The notes under the pieces are model-generated. The model worked only from the letters and a program-made list of their open reading frames with translations. It ran no database searches and was not told the origin of the DNA. The position numbers were made by a program, and so were the translations under genes. A DNA stretch of 64,000 bases. Origin: Paraspadella gotoi. Lineage: Eukaryota > Animalia > Chaetognatha. Within the stretch, counting starts at the first letter, position 1. Each line of letters starts with the position of its first letter. The stretch spans positions 21,682,044 through 21,746,043 of the forward strand of contig CM119267.1 in the NCBI GenBank assembly GCA_051294375.1. Direction: 5' to 3'. Positions 21,701 through 35,557 of this stretch are shown one piece after another.

Positions 21701-24700
21701 GAGGGAGGACCCGAGGACGATGAAGAGAAAAACGACGACAACAACAACAACAACAGCGAGCCCAGCGACAACAGCATCAGCGATCGAGGCGACGACAACA
21801 ACAACGACGACGATCAACCGGAGACGAAGAAACAACTTTTGTGCGAAGAAGAAAAGGAAGAAAAGAGTAAGGGCGGCACGGAAGAGAAAGTTGCGCTGAT
21901 TGATTGGGTCTGTTGAGGATTGTAAGGGAAAGAAACTGGTCAAGATAAGTATCATGATTGGGGTCTGAAAAAGGGTCAGGAGCGAAACGAGCGTCAGTAT
22001 TGGGTTTAAAACGGTGCTGGAGCAAAATGAGATGCGCAATCCGATCAGAAACTGGTAATGATCAATATCAGTATCATCTAAAACTGGTCAAAATCTAAAG
22101 AAAGAGGCTAGTATGTTCTGAAACTGGTCAAGATCGAGAAGAGAGTCAGCATTGAGCCTAAAACTAGTTAAGGTCATAATTAAGATCAGTATTGAGTCTA
22201 AGACATAGTTGTGAAACTTAGTGGCAGAAAGACCGAAAATCGAGACGAAACAAATTTATTGGAAAACATGACTGGGCCAATGAACACTTTTCAAAGAAGG
22301 TTTTTCATTAAATTTCTTTATTGCTTAGTAAATAAATTCCAGAAAGTTCTTCATGCGAATTTGTCAAAAGCAACGAGGATGAATCTCCTCTGAAGGGGCT
22401 CGCCAAACACGTCGAGGAATTTTGCGGTCAAGGTAAAAAAATAATTGGTTGATATAATTATGGATTCCTTTTGAAAAATTTTCAAACTTAAACCGACTAT
22501 CAGTCTATCAAAATTCCCTTTCTTCTCATTGGTCAATCCCCGCTAGCCAATCGCCTCATTCGAAATCCCGTCTTCCTCGGCATCCTCATCTGCCACTCGC
22601 TCGCCAGCGCCATCGTCGCAGGCACCGTCGTCTTCATCGCCAAATACATGGAGAATCAGTTCGGGATCTCCGCGTCTCTCGCCGTCTTCTTGAGAGGCTC
22701 CATCGAGATACCCTTCGTTTGTTTAGGATTTTTGGTCGGAGGCTTGATTATGAGCAGGTGGGTTAGGGATAGAAATGACTCGGGTGAAACATAGTTCAGT
22801 TCAACTTTCTATTCGTTCTTTGGATAGGTTGTATCGTTCTGCTTGAACAAATATGAAAATTATTCATTCATTCAATAAAAAAAGTTCTCTCAACTTTTAG
22901 ACAGGTTCTGGTGAATAAAGGCCTCCATCCCTTATCATATCAAACATATCAACATATCCAAATCCTGCAAGTTTTAAATCATGCTTCCCGAGGCTGCCGT
23001 CAAGTTTAATTCATGAGTCTCAATCATTTCAATCGTTCATTTTTTCCGATTATCTTTTGTGGACGAACGACTCCACGCAACCGAGAATGTGAACTCGGTT
23101 TCACTTTCTTTCTTTCTTCCTCGCTTTCTCTCGCTCTCTCTTTCTCACCGTCGTTTATACTCATACCCTTGTAAATGCCCATTGTTAAAGCATCTCAGCC
23201 TTTTATTGTTATCGTTTATAACCGTCCACTTTTAACTCTTTTAACCTCATTTCCTCATAACTATCAGATTCAAGTTCACCGACTCCTACGCCATCAAGTG
23301 GACGATCCTCACTCTCACAATCACCATCTGCGTCTCCGTCGGATTCTTCTTCGTCCGCTGCGACAACGTTCCGCTGGCGGGGATTCGACCCCACCCTTAC
23401 GCCGCGGCGTCTGGAGAGCCTTACCTCGAGGTGGCTCCGTCTTCGGAGAGCGAGCTCTGCAACACACACTGCGCCTGCAAGGGTGGGGAAAGAGCTTGGA
23501 TAAGTTTTGGTTTGAAAGAATGTTGTTTTTGTTGATTATTATGACAAACATTTAATGAATTAATTACATTACTTTCATTGTAATCGCCTCATCCTTCAGG
23601 CACCTCTTACAACCCTATCTGCGGCACCGACGGCTTAACTTACCTATCCCCCTGCCACGCCGGCTGCCTCACCCGCCATCTCGAAAACGGAAGCGACGTC
23701 GTGGCGTCCTATTCCGACTGCGCTTGCGTCGCCGCCAATTCGTTGACCAAAGCCACGCCCACGACCGGCGTCCCGACGCCGGAATCGGGCGTCGCGGTTC
23801 CGGGAAAGTGCAAGACGCCCTGCGGGTAAGTAATGATAATCGGGTCGATCGTGTAGATTATGTAATTCGGGTGAAATTGGGTGATGGGAGATGCGAAAAC
23901 ATTAAGAACAAATATTGGGGCTGAACAGACAGAATTATTGTGATGAGTTAATGATAGAAACGTTCAATATAAGTAATATCTGAACTTCGGATCAGGCTGT
24001 AACACTTTGTTACAGGCGCCGCGTCCCTGCTAGGCGGCCGCCGGGCTAAATCCCCGGACCTTTGCGTTAGGAGGCGAATGACATACCTCCTTCACAAATG
24101 ACCGCCGATGAAGGGTTGGTGGATTTTAATCCACCATAATGTATTTCTCTGTTTTTCATCGCATTTCTTCCATATACTCAATTCCCTTTAACCTTTCCCG
24201 TTCTTTCTTTCTTCCTCTCCCCCCCCCACACCCAGTGAAAACTACAAAGTGTTCATGGCTTTGATGACGATCGCGTCCTTCATCTCTTCCCTCCACGCAA
24301 CGCCCTCTTACGTCATCTTCCTCCACTCGATCGACAAAAAGGACCAATCGTTCGCCATCGGATTCCGTAACGCGCTTCGGAAGACTTTGGGGTGGATGAG
24401 CGCCCCACTTTACTTCGGTGGGATTTTTTAATCTTTTTTCTTTCATTTATGCTGCATAATGTAATGAGGATTTGAAATCTGTATCTGTTGGCTATCACTC
24501 ATAACTGTGCAACTTGCATACTAGTGTGCTTCTATTTTATTCATTTCTTCATTCATTCATTTTTTCATTTATTTATTTATTTATTTATTCATTCGTTCAC
24601 TCATATGTTCGTTCATTCATTTCCCTGCTCGGTATTCTTCTTTTTCATTCTTTCAAAGATGCATCTTGGGACGGATGATCCATTCCAGCTTAGTTGCTTT

Positions 24701-25508
24701 TATGTATCATCTTTCTATCCCTCTACCCATCTCTCCAAACATCCTTTCATCTATCCTTCCATCCATCCATCTATCCATCTATCCACCAACCCCAGGCGCC
24801 ACAATCGACGGTTCCTGCTTACTCTGGTCCGCGGAATGCGTCAACTCTGGCTTCTGCAAATACTACGACAACGCCGATTACACTTATCGGTTTTACGGCC
24901 TTTTGGCTTCGCTCAAGGTACTCGCGGTTTTTGTCCTTGTTATTATTTTAGTAGTCGTTGTTGATTTAATGTTTTTGTTATTGAATTTATCGAGTTTTGC
25001 GTTTTTAGTTCGAATGCTAAACAGTAAATACGACGAAATTTCATTCTTACTTATTATGTATATGTTAGATTACAATTCCGTCTCCATCATATGAAAGATG
25101 TTGAATGTCTAATCAGAAACCCAGGAAAAGAAGTATTTTTAACCTAGTGATGTGCTGTTGCTTCCTCTATTTACGGAAGACAACATTTCTCTTCTGATCA
25201 TATGATAAAAAAAAAATAAAAATTAAATTTATTAAATAAATATTAAATATAATTTTAAGTTTTTTTTTTACCTTAGTTCTAAAAAAATTAGTATAATAAT
25301 AAGTAAAATAATCAATAAAATAATTTTAGTAGTAAAACAAGAAAATCATTAATTTTCATAAAACGAAAGTCTTCCGATTTCTTGCACTTTCTGCCATCAG
25401 GTGGCGTCTTTGATCGCCTACGCCGTCGTTCTCGCCCTCGTCGTTCGTCGCGACCGGAAACGCGGAAAAGAAAAGTCGATGGAAGACGTCATGGAAATGG
25501 TCTCTTGA
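18777..25508 (+). CDS. SLCO: Organic anion transporting polypeptide (OATP/SLCO family), ~13 exons: approx. 18777-18874, 19213-19353, 19796-19971, 20199-20374, 20603-20775, 21604-21907, 22342-22432, 22548-22757, 23268-23481, 23600-23826, 24236-24417, 24796-24917, 25401-25508
   Basis: Spliced translation has SIITQLEKQFKLS, YFGAHVHRPR, LGPACGYILG, the family signature DPR|WVGAWWLG, the Kazal-like YNPICGTDGLTYLSPCHAGC, and APLYFG|ATIDGSCLLW..C..GFCKYYDN. Family-level call only. Confidence 0.95.
21370..21618 (+). repeat. 56-bp tandem repeat duplicating the 3' splice site and exon start of the OATP signature exon
   Basis: CAG acceptors at 21377, 21433, 21489, 21545 and 21601 with exact 56-nt spacing; a diverged copy at ~21031-21080. 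Confidence 0.9.
23920..24140 (-). mobile_element. Putative SINE copy in an OATP intron
   Basis: The reverse complement aligns by eye with 26157-26390 over ~220 bp. Confidence 0.6.
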
Positions 25509-26156
25509 CGTCGAGTCACTGACGTTATTTGACGTAATTGACGTCATTTAACTCGCGAAGGAAAGCGAATTAAGGGTTAAAGAAGCTTTGTTCAAAATTT
25601 ATTAATTATTTCGTCGTAATTTATTTCTCCGATGAGACTCGTCTAGTTTATTACGTAATCCCTGAACGACCCTTGGCCCGCGTTTTTTGATATATATAAT
25701 TATTACATATATATCTCCAATTTCTGAATTTTTTTCTGCTCTTTTAACGAGATTTGCATTTTTCGTATTTTTTATACTGTTGCATTTACTCTTTTGTCGA
25801 TTCGTAAATTATAAAAAAAAAAAAACATAATTTGGACGCCATATTTCATTTGTGGTTCGGAAAGAAAGTTCAAAGAGTACCTGAAGATTGAATTAGTTCG
25901 TCGGACTCTTGATTTATTTATGGCTTTTGATTTCGAAAGATTCAAAGTTATCGCGTTTCTTACAAAACTCCCTTACAGCGGGGATCGCTTAATTCTATTG
26001 CTGGGAATCACTGGAAAAAGTTGAGGTCTTTGTAAATTGTCGGGTTTTGAAGTCTTTTGGATAAACAAGTGTGGCAAGATTTGTCTCCTCAAACGACTAG
26101 AAAAAGAAACTATACCATTAGATATACTAGTTATTTGAAAATCATTAATGTAGCTA

Positions 26157-26390
26157 TTATGGTGGACTAAAATCCACCGACCGTTCATCAGCGGCCATTG
26201 GTGCCGGAGGCAAGTCATTCGCCTCCCGACCCAAAGGTCCGGGGTTCTAGCCCGGTGGCCTCCTAGCAGTTAAGAGGGACGGGGCGCTTAACCCGCCTGT
26301 AACATGGTGTTACAGCCTGATCCGAAGCTCAGGGACTGCTTATATTAAGCGGTTCTGTCACTAACACATAACAATAATTACTGTCTCTTC
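26157..26390 (+). mobile_element. Putative tRNA-derived SINE
   Basis: tRNA-like head with a B-box-like ggttctagccc. An inverted homologous copy at ~23920-24140 shares gtcattcgcctcc..caaaggtccgggg..tagcccgg..cctgtaaca..gtgttacagcctgatccgaag. Confidence 0.6.
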
Positions 26391-26990
26391 ACTATATTAG
26401 TATTTATTTCTAGCCGAAACTTTCATGAAGCCTCAAGCGAAAGTTAATTTTGGGAAGTTGTAATTTCTTTTTTGCGATGTTAAAATTGAGTAGTTAGGGT
26501 TAAGAACTTCCAATTGTGCAAAGTCTTCAAAGTGCTCGATTATCTTTCTTGGACTTGCGATAATCTCTTTATCATTCGTAATATCATGACTCGATTCCAC
26601 CCACCAATAAAATAGTTCAACGCGTAACAATTAAGTTTAACACACCTAAAAAGTACATCATCATTATCGAAATAGCAGAAATACACCAGTAAATTATTTT
26701 AGAGACAGAAACAAACAAAAAAAAATTACTTTTTATGAAATTTGAAAATTATAATTTTTTAATTACTCGATGCGAACGCGCAAAATAATTAATTTGTAAA
26801 ATTTTAATTTTTACATTTCAATTCAGCTAATTTTCGGGACATGTACTTTGTTTAAAGAACCGAGTTCCAACGCAAAATCGAGATGGTTAACTCCAAAGGT
26901 GATTATTAGAAGAAGCGCCAAAATTTAACTATACCGTGCCCATCGTCCATTTTATTTTATATATATAGATAAATTAGATATATATATACA

Positions 26991-28188
26991 TTATCGTTTG
27001 CTTTAGTTTTTCTCTGCTTGCTGATGTCGGCGACGACGGCGACCGCCGCCAAGTGCCCCGCCGATCCTCCTTGTAACTGCGATATGGGTTAGTTTATACT
27101 TTGCTATTTATCGACTGATTTATCAAAACATTTATTTATCAATTAATCTAATCAGTCGCCATGATCATCCAATGCGACGAGCCTTCCCTCTTGACACCTC
27201 ACATCTCCTTCGACGAGATCCCACCATTCCATGCGGAAACCGATGTGTCAAAGTGGAATCACCTTAATTTTAGTCGCAACGTCATTCGGTCGGTGGAAGA
27301 CAGCGCCTTCAAGAATCTTGGGGTACGGAGCAAGAGAGAATGAATCGAGGCAGGCGAACTGCGACGAAGGCATTGAGTGTGAGGCTGTCACTTGAAGTAT
27401 GAAAAAGGTTTCGAGTCAAGCAGGGGCGGAAAGGGTGCCGTCACTCTAGCGACTAAATTCTAAAGTTTTCCATTACTCCCTGAGATCATTACAACAAAGC
27501 TTAAAAGATTTGACGCCCTTGGTAAGCGTCCTTAATGTAGTCACACGTTACATCTAATCAATATCTATGTATATGTATTGTATATTGTATAATAAGGCGT
27601 AGTAAAATTTCTAAATTTAACTTTAATTAAAATTTTAAAAGTCAGGAACGAACAACATTATACAAATGAATATTTATGTAATAAAAAAATTTAGAATAAA
27701 TTTTACAATTTACGCAGTAGGCCATATTTATACGAGTACTAAACCAATTAATGTTAAAATTTCAAAACAGTTTTTTCTAAGATTTTTTTGCAGATTTGGA
27801 TTTGTCATAAAAAGTTGGTAAAAAGAAATATAACTCTTTTTGAAAAATTCCTTCATTAAGTGGGTTAAAAATTAGAATAAGCTATATTTAAAGCTGAAAA
27901 TTAATTTTTTATATATTAAATATAGTTTTTTTAATTTTTAATAAAAGAATTTTTAAAAATGATTTATATTTTCTTTTATCAACTTTTGATGAGGAATTCA
28001 AATCTGCAATCAAAATAAAGAAAAGGATAGTACTATATATAAATATAGCTTACTGCGAAAATTAAAAAACATAAAATTAATTGTTTTTACAAATTAATGT
28101 TCACTGATGGTATGTTGTTCATAATTGACCTTTAGAATTTTCGTATGTATCTTTCACTACGCCTTATTGTATAATCTTATCATCTGCT

Positions 28189-28249
<61 letters not shown>

Positions 28250-31200
28250 TCTCTCTCTCTCTCCAGCTTCAAATCAAATCTATAGACCTGTCCCACAACC
28301 GCGTGTCCAGCATCAGCTATAAAGCCTTCCACGAAGTCTCCTTGATCCTGACGTCTGTCGATCTCTCTTACAACGAACTCGAAGACATTCCGCGGGCGCT
28401 GGTGCTGATGGACATGCTCGACCATCTGGACTTGAGGTTAGGGACATTTCTTGAATTGGTCATTTAGAGATGGCCAGAATATGGCTTCGCGAATACATTA
28501 CCACGTATTACCATTTCCATTTAGAGATCCTTTCATTTTTCTTCCTCACTTGAAATCCATTTAAATTTTCTTCCTTACGTATTCCTTACGTATCTTTATC
28601 TTTAAAACCTATTGTTTTCTTGGCTAAATCCGTTTCTTTTTTTTACTCCATTTCTCATCAATTTTATTTTTGAATTATTAAATTCCTCAAATTATAATTT
28701 ACATTTCTAAGTAAATAAAATTTTGACGCAATGTATTTACTTATATTTTCCTTTTATCCAATTCATTTCTAACCAATTTAATATTCCAAACAATTATAAA
28801 ACTCATTTCTCCACACTCGTCCATTTTGCCACTTTTTTCTTCCCACACTACGCAACCGACGAGAGTTGAGCTCTCGGAAAAAAAAAATAACAACTATAAA
28901 ATAATAAATTTTCAAATCAATTTTTTTTTTGTTTTTTTTTTTGGAAATTTTTATTACAGATTCCGATTCTTCATAAAAAGTTAGAACTAAAATATAAAAC
29001 ATGTTATCAAAAATTATAATGTCATCAGCGTCAAAAATGGAAAAAAGGTCAAAATTCTCCCCTTTTTCACGCTCTGTAGTAGAAACTATTATGTTATTAT
29101 AGTTATTTTAGTTTTAGATTTTATAATATTTATTAAAATATTTTTACAAATTCTATATTTTTATTTTTATTATTATTATTTTTTACTGATTTTGGTTTTT
29201 GATAATCTAAATCTGAAATATTATATTATTAATGGGAGAGGGTTGTCTTCTATAAATAGAGGGATCATCTATACAACACAAGGTTATATTACTTCCTGCC
29301 CTGGTTTTCTAAATAGATATCAGGCATTTCAGTAAGAAAATCGAGAACCTCATAATATCTAAAGGCTGAAGAGAAGGGATGGAATAGGTAATTTTTTGGG
29401 AGACTAAGGTTATGTCTGATTTTTATTTTCTTATAGGACGACCAAGTAGAATCGTGCGCTCTGATGTGATGCTCGTTTGCCCTAATTATACGATGAAGCG
29501 TTTTACTCATTTTCGCAGCTTTAACATAAATATATCATAAAACATATTTTACAAAAGTGTTATGGCAACAGCCGGGTTGCCTGTGATGCCCATTGGGATG
29601 GGGCATCTCACTGTTGGCTTTGGGGCTTCCGACCCTCAGTGAGCCTCCAGTCACTGGCGCGGTTACCCTAGACGGTCTCGCTTGCCAACGCAGAGGGAAG
29701 TCGTTAGGACTGTGATGGAACACTACGCTTGGGATGGTGTGTTCCCCCTCTGAGCCATGGATTTGGCTGAAGGATGACGAACGTGAGGCGGTGTGAATAT
29801 ACCGCCACAGGATCCCCGGGCCAAGACATCACTCAGGTTCCTCAAGCCTGAGAGGTGTCTGACAAGACTGTTACCATAGTGGGAGAGAGAGCACGAGTTG
29901 TTGGGGCATAGGCGTTTGTCGTAGCGTACCCCAGGGCATAGGCGTTTGTCGTAGCGTACCCAAAGTCGGCAGGGCATAGGCATTTGTCGTAGGTACCCTG
30001 AGAAGGTTGCGTGTTCGATAGTCGGGCTCACCACTTATGGCAACAGCCGGGTTGCCTGTGATGCCCATTGGATGGGGCATCTCACTGTTGGCTTTGGGGG
30101 CTTCCGACCCTCAGTGACGCCTCCAGTCACTGGCGCGGTTACCCTAGGACGGTCTCGCTTTGCCAACGCAGAGGGAAGTCGTTAGGACTGTGGATGGAAC
30201 ACTACGCTTGGGATGGTGTGTTCCCCCTCTGAGCCAATGGATTTGGCTGAAGGATGACGAACGTGAGGCGGTGTGAATATACCGCCACAGTGTCTTATTT
30301 TTTTTCGGCGAATCAGAAACCGTTCTTAAAATTAAAAAAAAAATATTATTTTGAAATTTTATGATTTTATAAAGAAAATTCAATTTATGATACTGTAATT
30401 TATGATACTGTAATGAAATTTTTTTTAAAAATTCAATAATTATTTTTCATTTCATATACAAAGGCAGCAAAAAAAAAACCATTGCTAGAGCCAAACTTCG
30501 TCAATGGGGTGGGTCAGAAGTTTGATTTGGAACCTTTCCAAATGAAACTTCATACATTTCTGAGAAAACTTTCAATGGAGCAAAAATTTTCTAAAATGGC
30601 AAGAAGCATTAGTAATTAATTTTTTAATATTTATTTATAGATAGGAAATGTCAAAAATTTTTTTTGATTTTTTTATTTTTAAAAGCAGATTCAAATAGCT
30701 TATGAAAAGTTATCTACACAAAGTATAATTCTTTTTTCAATATTTTGATGATAAGTGGGTTTAAATTTGAGAAAAACCTTAAAAAATCATCATCATCATC
30801 ATCATCCGATAATTTTAGCAGTTTTACTAATTTTTAGTAATAAAACATCAAAATTTTAAAAGTTTGTAATTATATTTTTGCTTAACTTTTTAAGCTCTAT
30901 CAGAATCAATTAAAAAAACTTAAAATATCCAAAAAAAATTTTTTGACATTATATAGCAATAAAATAATATTAATTAGCGAATTACTCATGGTTCGGAATA
31001 TTTTTGTAAAAAAATATTTTAACACAATAATTAATACCAATAATGGATTAGTTTAATGCTGTTCCCATTAAAATTTGAATTTGGTCGGCTACCTCTACCA
31101 TTGCTCAATCGCTCAATCGGTTCATTACACTCCTTTCCATTCAACGCCATCCAGTTTCAACAAGATCCAACGAATAAGCGTCTCGGCCCTTCGTCTGCTT

Positions 31201-31859
31201 GAAGACACGCTGGGCGACAAGAAGGATCTCAAGATCGACCTTCTCGGAAATCCTTTCCACTGCGACTGTAAACTCAAGCAGTTGCTCAAGACCATGAAAA
31301 AGTTTTTCGACAACGTGAGTGTGGATGAATGCGGAGAGGAGGGGTGAGATATCCAAGAATTGGTTCCCATAAGTATAATAATAAATAAACAGAACTATTA
31401 ACTATTGTTGCTTATTATCAGCTACTCTTTAATCAATCATTAAAAACAATTACGATACTAAAAAGAGTGAATTTATAATCTGAAACCATGCTCTTATATG
31501 CCAAATGAGATTTACATGCTTGAAGCAAAATTTAATCTCTCATACTATATTTTTAAGCCACTACTAATAAAACTCTACCTTAAACAACCACGCCCACCCC
31601 CAAGTTCCTTCACCCCCACGACCTAAAATGCGTCTCCCCTCCCATTCTGGAGGGGCGCGTTCTCGGCGCCTTTTCCGAAGATGAGCTCATTTGCCCCACA
31701 TCCCCGCCCACCACCTCCGACCCCACCGGAATACAACATCCCAAATGTCCCGCCGAGTTCCCTTGCTGGTGCGACTTCGTTGGAAACGTTTACTGCGCCC
31801 AGTTGAGGGGAAGGGGAAGAGAGAGAGAGAGAGAGAGATAGTAATTGTAGAGTTGAGGA

Positions 31860-31935
<76 letters not shown>

Positions 31936-34391
31936 TAATTGTAGAGTTGGGACAATTCGTACTATGCATGGGATAGATACGGCGCGGTATTCCAACTGCG
32001 TAGGGTGCATCATACCGCTCCGTCACGCTTACGGCACGATTAAGCCACGTCCCGATGAACCGGGAGCACGGTGGAGAATGTAGTGCAGCCAGAGACGAGG
32101 GAGAGGAAGCATAGAGCTTACTTGCTACGGATCCCCCCAGCCAGGCATCCTGAGGAGATTGAGAGAAGGACTATGCTATGAGCCGGCGCGCGACGAGCTG
32201 GACGTTACAGAGAAGTAGGAGGATAGCATACCTAGGAGAGGGGAGTGCGCACGGGCTGGAGAGTAGCTCACACATGGCAGGAGGAGCCGTGTACCGCGGT
32301 CTCACATGCGTAGGTGCGGCCTCATGACCCGCACTGAGATACGGACGTAATTTGAGAGGATACCCGGGTGAACCGACCTGAGATGTTAGCCTGCAGCTTA
32401 CGAGGGAGAGACAGATGAATTTAAGTCTGCTGCAATACATTATTAACTTATTTTAAATATTCACGTAACATATATTTTATATATTAATTTAATCTTTTAC
32501 CCCCAGACCAACATGATGTACAACAACGTTGACTTTCGACAAGGTTCCGCCTCTCGGACACTCCCAAGATTACGTCTGCGATGTTTGCTTTGTCCGGTCA
32601 TAAGGTTCGTTGATAAGATCGATGTTCTTTATTTATTTTTTATTGTGGCCATATGTTTATTTAAATAAGGAGTTGTCTATGAATCGAGAAGTACCAAGAA
32701 TTCAATTAAGTTAAAAACAACTGTACAAGGCCTAAACTTGAAGATTTGAAGAGAAAATGAAATTAATAAAATGAAATTAATAAATTACTAACTATAATTT
32801 TTGATAATATTTGGTATAGTTTCCATTCGTTTCGTTGTTTTCAAATGTTAGTTTACAAGTAGAAGAGTTTTATTTTTCTTTTTAACAACGTTTATTTATT
32901 GAATGGTAAATGGTTTCGGTTTTTGATTTCAAAATTTGCGAACATAACATAACATAACATTTTATTCATGATTCCATTTTAAACGTTAGTGTCTTTTGTT
33001 TTGTTGTTTATAGTTTAATAGTTTAGTTTTTACTTGTTTACCGTTTTCTAGTCTTTAAATCTGTTACTGTTTCTGTCATTACTGTTTTTGTTATTAATAA
33101 AAAAAAAATTTCGAATGTTTTTAAATCAAAATCGAAACATGCACGATTTAATAAACGTTGTTGAAAAGAAAAATAAAACTTTTCTACTTTCTAAACTAAC
33201 TTTTGAGTTTTGACTATATATATTTTTTTCTTCCTTCGCGCATTTTCTCATATTTTTTGCTTTCCCTTTTTTTCTGTCTCAGATAAAAGAAATTGAAGTT
33301 GATTGGCTTTTTATCCGATTTGAAAGTCAGAGGCCATATTCTCTCACTGGAAACATTCATCGAAACGATTCACCCAAGGTTCACATAAGGGTCGTAAGAC
33401 TAAAAACATTCGAAAGCGTCATCCTATCTTGAATTCCTAAGTAACCAGAGTCTCTCCTCATACCATTTTCTACCAATCCTACTAAATTACAAACCTATAA
33501 TATAAATGTAATTTGAAATTAGATAAATAAGTTTGAATATATCCAATATTAAACTCTAAGCCACCCCATCATTCCCCGACACTTTTTCCCCTTTACTTCC
33601 CCCCCCATCCCTCCCCATCCCCCACTTTACCCCCAAATATCTCGCCCCCTCTTACTTTCAGACGCTCCCTTCTTCGGCACGGAGCAGGAATTGACGATGC
33701 TGTTGCTGGACGGGGAATCCGCTTGTCGCACGGTCCCCGATCCCGTCCTCGATCCTTCCCGCATGCTCAACCTCTTCGATCTCAGCCCTCAACGACATCT
33801 TCAGCGTCGACGCTGCCCACCGTGAGGGAGTTCGTCGTCGTTGTCTTTTTTGTGAACAGTTTTTTTTTAAATAAAAATTTTAAATTAAAACAAAATAAAA
33901 TTAAATTCTTTTTTAATTTAAGTTATGTTAAACCCTTTCTATTTCGTTGCGATTTAGAATTGTAGAGAAAAGCTAAGTTTGTACTTTTTGTGACAAAACC
34001 AAAACTAAAACAACATGTTTCGACTCTTATTGCGAGCCACATCAATGCTTACAGTTTCTACAGAACTCGCTCGCAACAAGAGTTAATGGTTAATGTTAAT
34101 GTTATCGTTAATTGTTAATGTTAAATAAAAAAATCGTTTCTTTTTGTCACAAAAATAAAACTGTTTTCCTACAATTTAAAAAAGTTGAAAAGATTTGTCA
34201 AAATTAAAAAGAAAATTAATAAATTTTAATTTTAAATTTTAATTCCAGGACGCGGAAACTTCCACAACATGGTTTACTCCGGACATTCACGGGGCGGTCA
34301 TTAAGAACGAGTTTTTCATTTCACATGGGACAAACGCTTTACAACTGCTCCATGCGGACATGTGGGCATTTTCACGTCTTTGTTTCAAGGT
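26991..34391 (+). CDS. Secreted/cell-surface leucine-rich repeat protein with tandem LRRNT-LRR-LRRCT modules (start and 3' end not resolved). Exons approx. 26991-27088, 27156-27322, 28267-28436, 31155-31314, 31604-31802, 32507-32604, 33283-33378, 33662-33821, 34249-34390
   Basis: Signal peptide plus CPADPPCNC; LRRs LNFSRNVIRSVEDSAF, IDLSHNRVSSI, VDLSYNELEDIP, LDLSFNKI; LRRCT LLGNPFHCDC..LKCVSPPILEGR; a second LRRNT CPEFPCGC followed by further LRRs. Exons after ~31750 carry many indels in this copy. Confidence 0.85.
29561..30289 (-). mobile_element. TRIM (miniature non-autonomous LTR retrotransposon)
   Basis: Two ~250-bp near-identical direct repeats (29561-29809, 30036-30289), minus-strand termini TGTGGC...GCCATA, PBS TGGTGAGCCCGAC 2 nt after the 5' LTR, a ~225-bp non-coding interior and a 4-bp TSD gtgt. 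The empty site aaaagtgtcttatt is present at ~35311-35324. Confidence 0.9.
30486..31097. mobile_element. Non-autonomous DNA transposon (hAT-like MITE)
   Basis: Imperfect TIRs starting TAGAG / ending CTCTA, flanking duplication (a)ccattgc, and absent from the duplicate block (aaaaccattgctcaatc at ~35497). The interior resembles ~5970-6290 in reverse. Confidence 0.7.
31963..32434. mobile_element. GC-rich ~470-bp insertion, possibly a solo LTR
   Basis: Absent from the duplicate block (~36385). Minus-strand ends read TGCAGC...TGCATA. Sequence is noisy and the TSD is not clean. Confidence 0.45.
32845..33200. mobile_element. Short element with long imperfect inverted ends and decayed hammerhead-flank motifs (second copy ~36808-37161)
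   Basis: gttagtttac..tagaagagttttatttttcttttt-aacaacgtttat..gtttcgg mirrors cgaaacatg..ataaacgttgttgaaaagaaaaataaaacttttcta..taaactaac. Confidence 0.6.
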
Positions 34392-34500
34392 TAAAGAAGA
34401 ACTTTCTTATATGACTGGCCTACATGAACCCTTATTTCCTACTTTATTTACTATTAACCCTACTATTATACCCTTACTATGTTAACTCCTAAACGAGGAG

Positions 34501-34553
<53 letters not shown>

Positions 34554-34634
34554 CTTGGTGGCGCATCAGCTACCCAAACATATTTTGAACAAAAAAAGTA
34601 GTATTACCTTGACATTCCTGGTTTTAAATTGTCT

Positions 34635-34690
<56 letters not shown>

Positions 34691-35557
34691 CTTCAGGACA
34701 ATCTCGACGTNNNNNNNNNNNNNNNNNNNNNNNNNTATATTATTAATGGGAGAGGTTGTCTTCTATAAATAGAGGGATCATCTATACAACACAGGTATGA
34801 AACCTTTGGTATCTACAATATATAATCATCCATTCATTCACAAGATAAGGCTATCTTGCCCTGACTTATGGACAGGCTTGGTGGTTAAGGCCTCCATCAC
34901 TCTTACACAGTATAATACATAGCAGCGTCCCTGCCAAGCTTTCAATCAAGACTCTCTTCACAGTCTCGTTTATAATCCACTCCCAGAGTACCTGCTTCCT
35001 ATCAAAAGCTGGGAAAAATTTTCAAAGAATGTTCAATGATGAAAGACCACCCTTAAGTATTAGATCGGGGAATACTTATTGTACTCCGCACTAGCATCAA
35101 AATACAAGGAGCTGAATTTTATCAATTTATGAATTTTATATTACTTCCTGCCTTGGTTTTCTAAATAGATATCAGGCATTTCAGTAAGAAAATCATTAAT
35201 GAGAAGTCGAGAACCTCATAATATCTAAAAGGCTGAAGAGAAAGGGGTGGAATAGGTAATTTTTTGGGAGACTAAGCTTTAACATAAATATATCATAAAA
35301 CATATTTTACAAAAGTGTCTTATTTTTTTTCGGCGAATCAGAAACCGTTCTTAAAATTAAAAAAAAATATTATTTTGAAATTTTATGATTTTATAAAGAA
35401 AATTCAATTTATGATACTGTAATTTATGATACTGTAATGAAATTTTTTTAAAAATTCAATAATTATTTTTCATTTCATATACAAAGGCAGCAAAAAAAAA
35501 CCATTGCTCAATCGCTCAATCGGTTCATTACACTCCTTTCCATTCAACGCCATCCAG

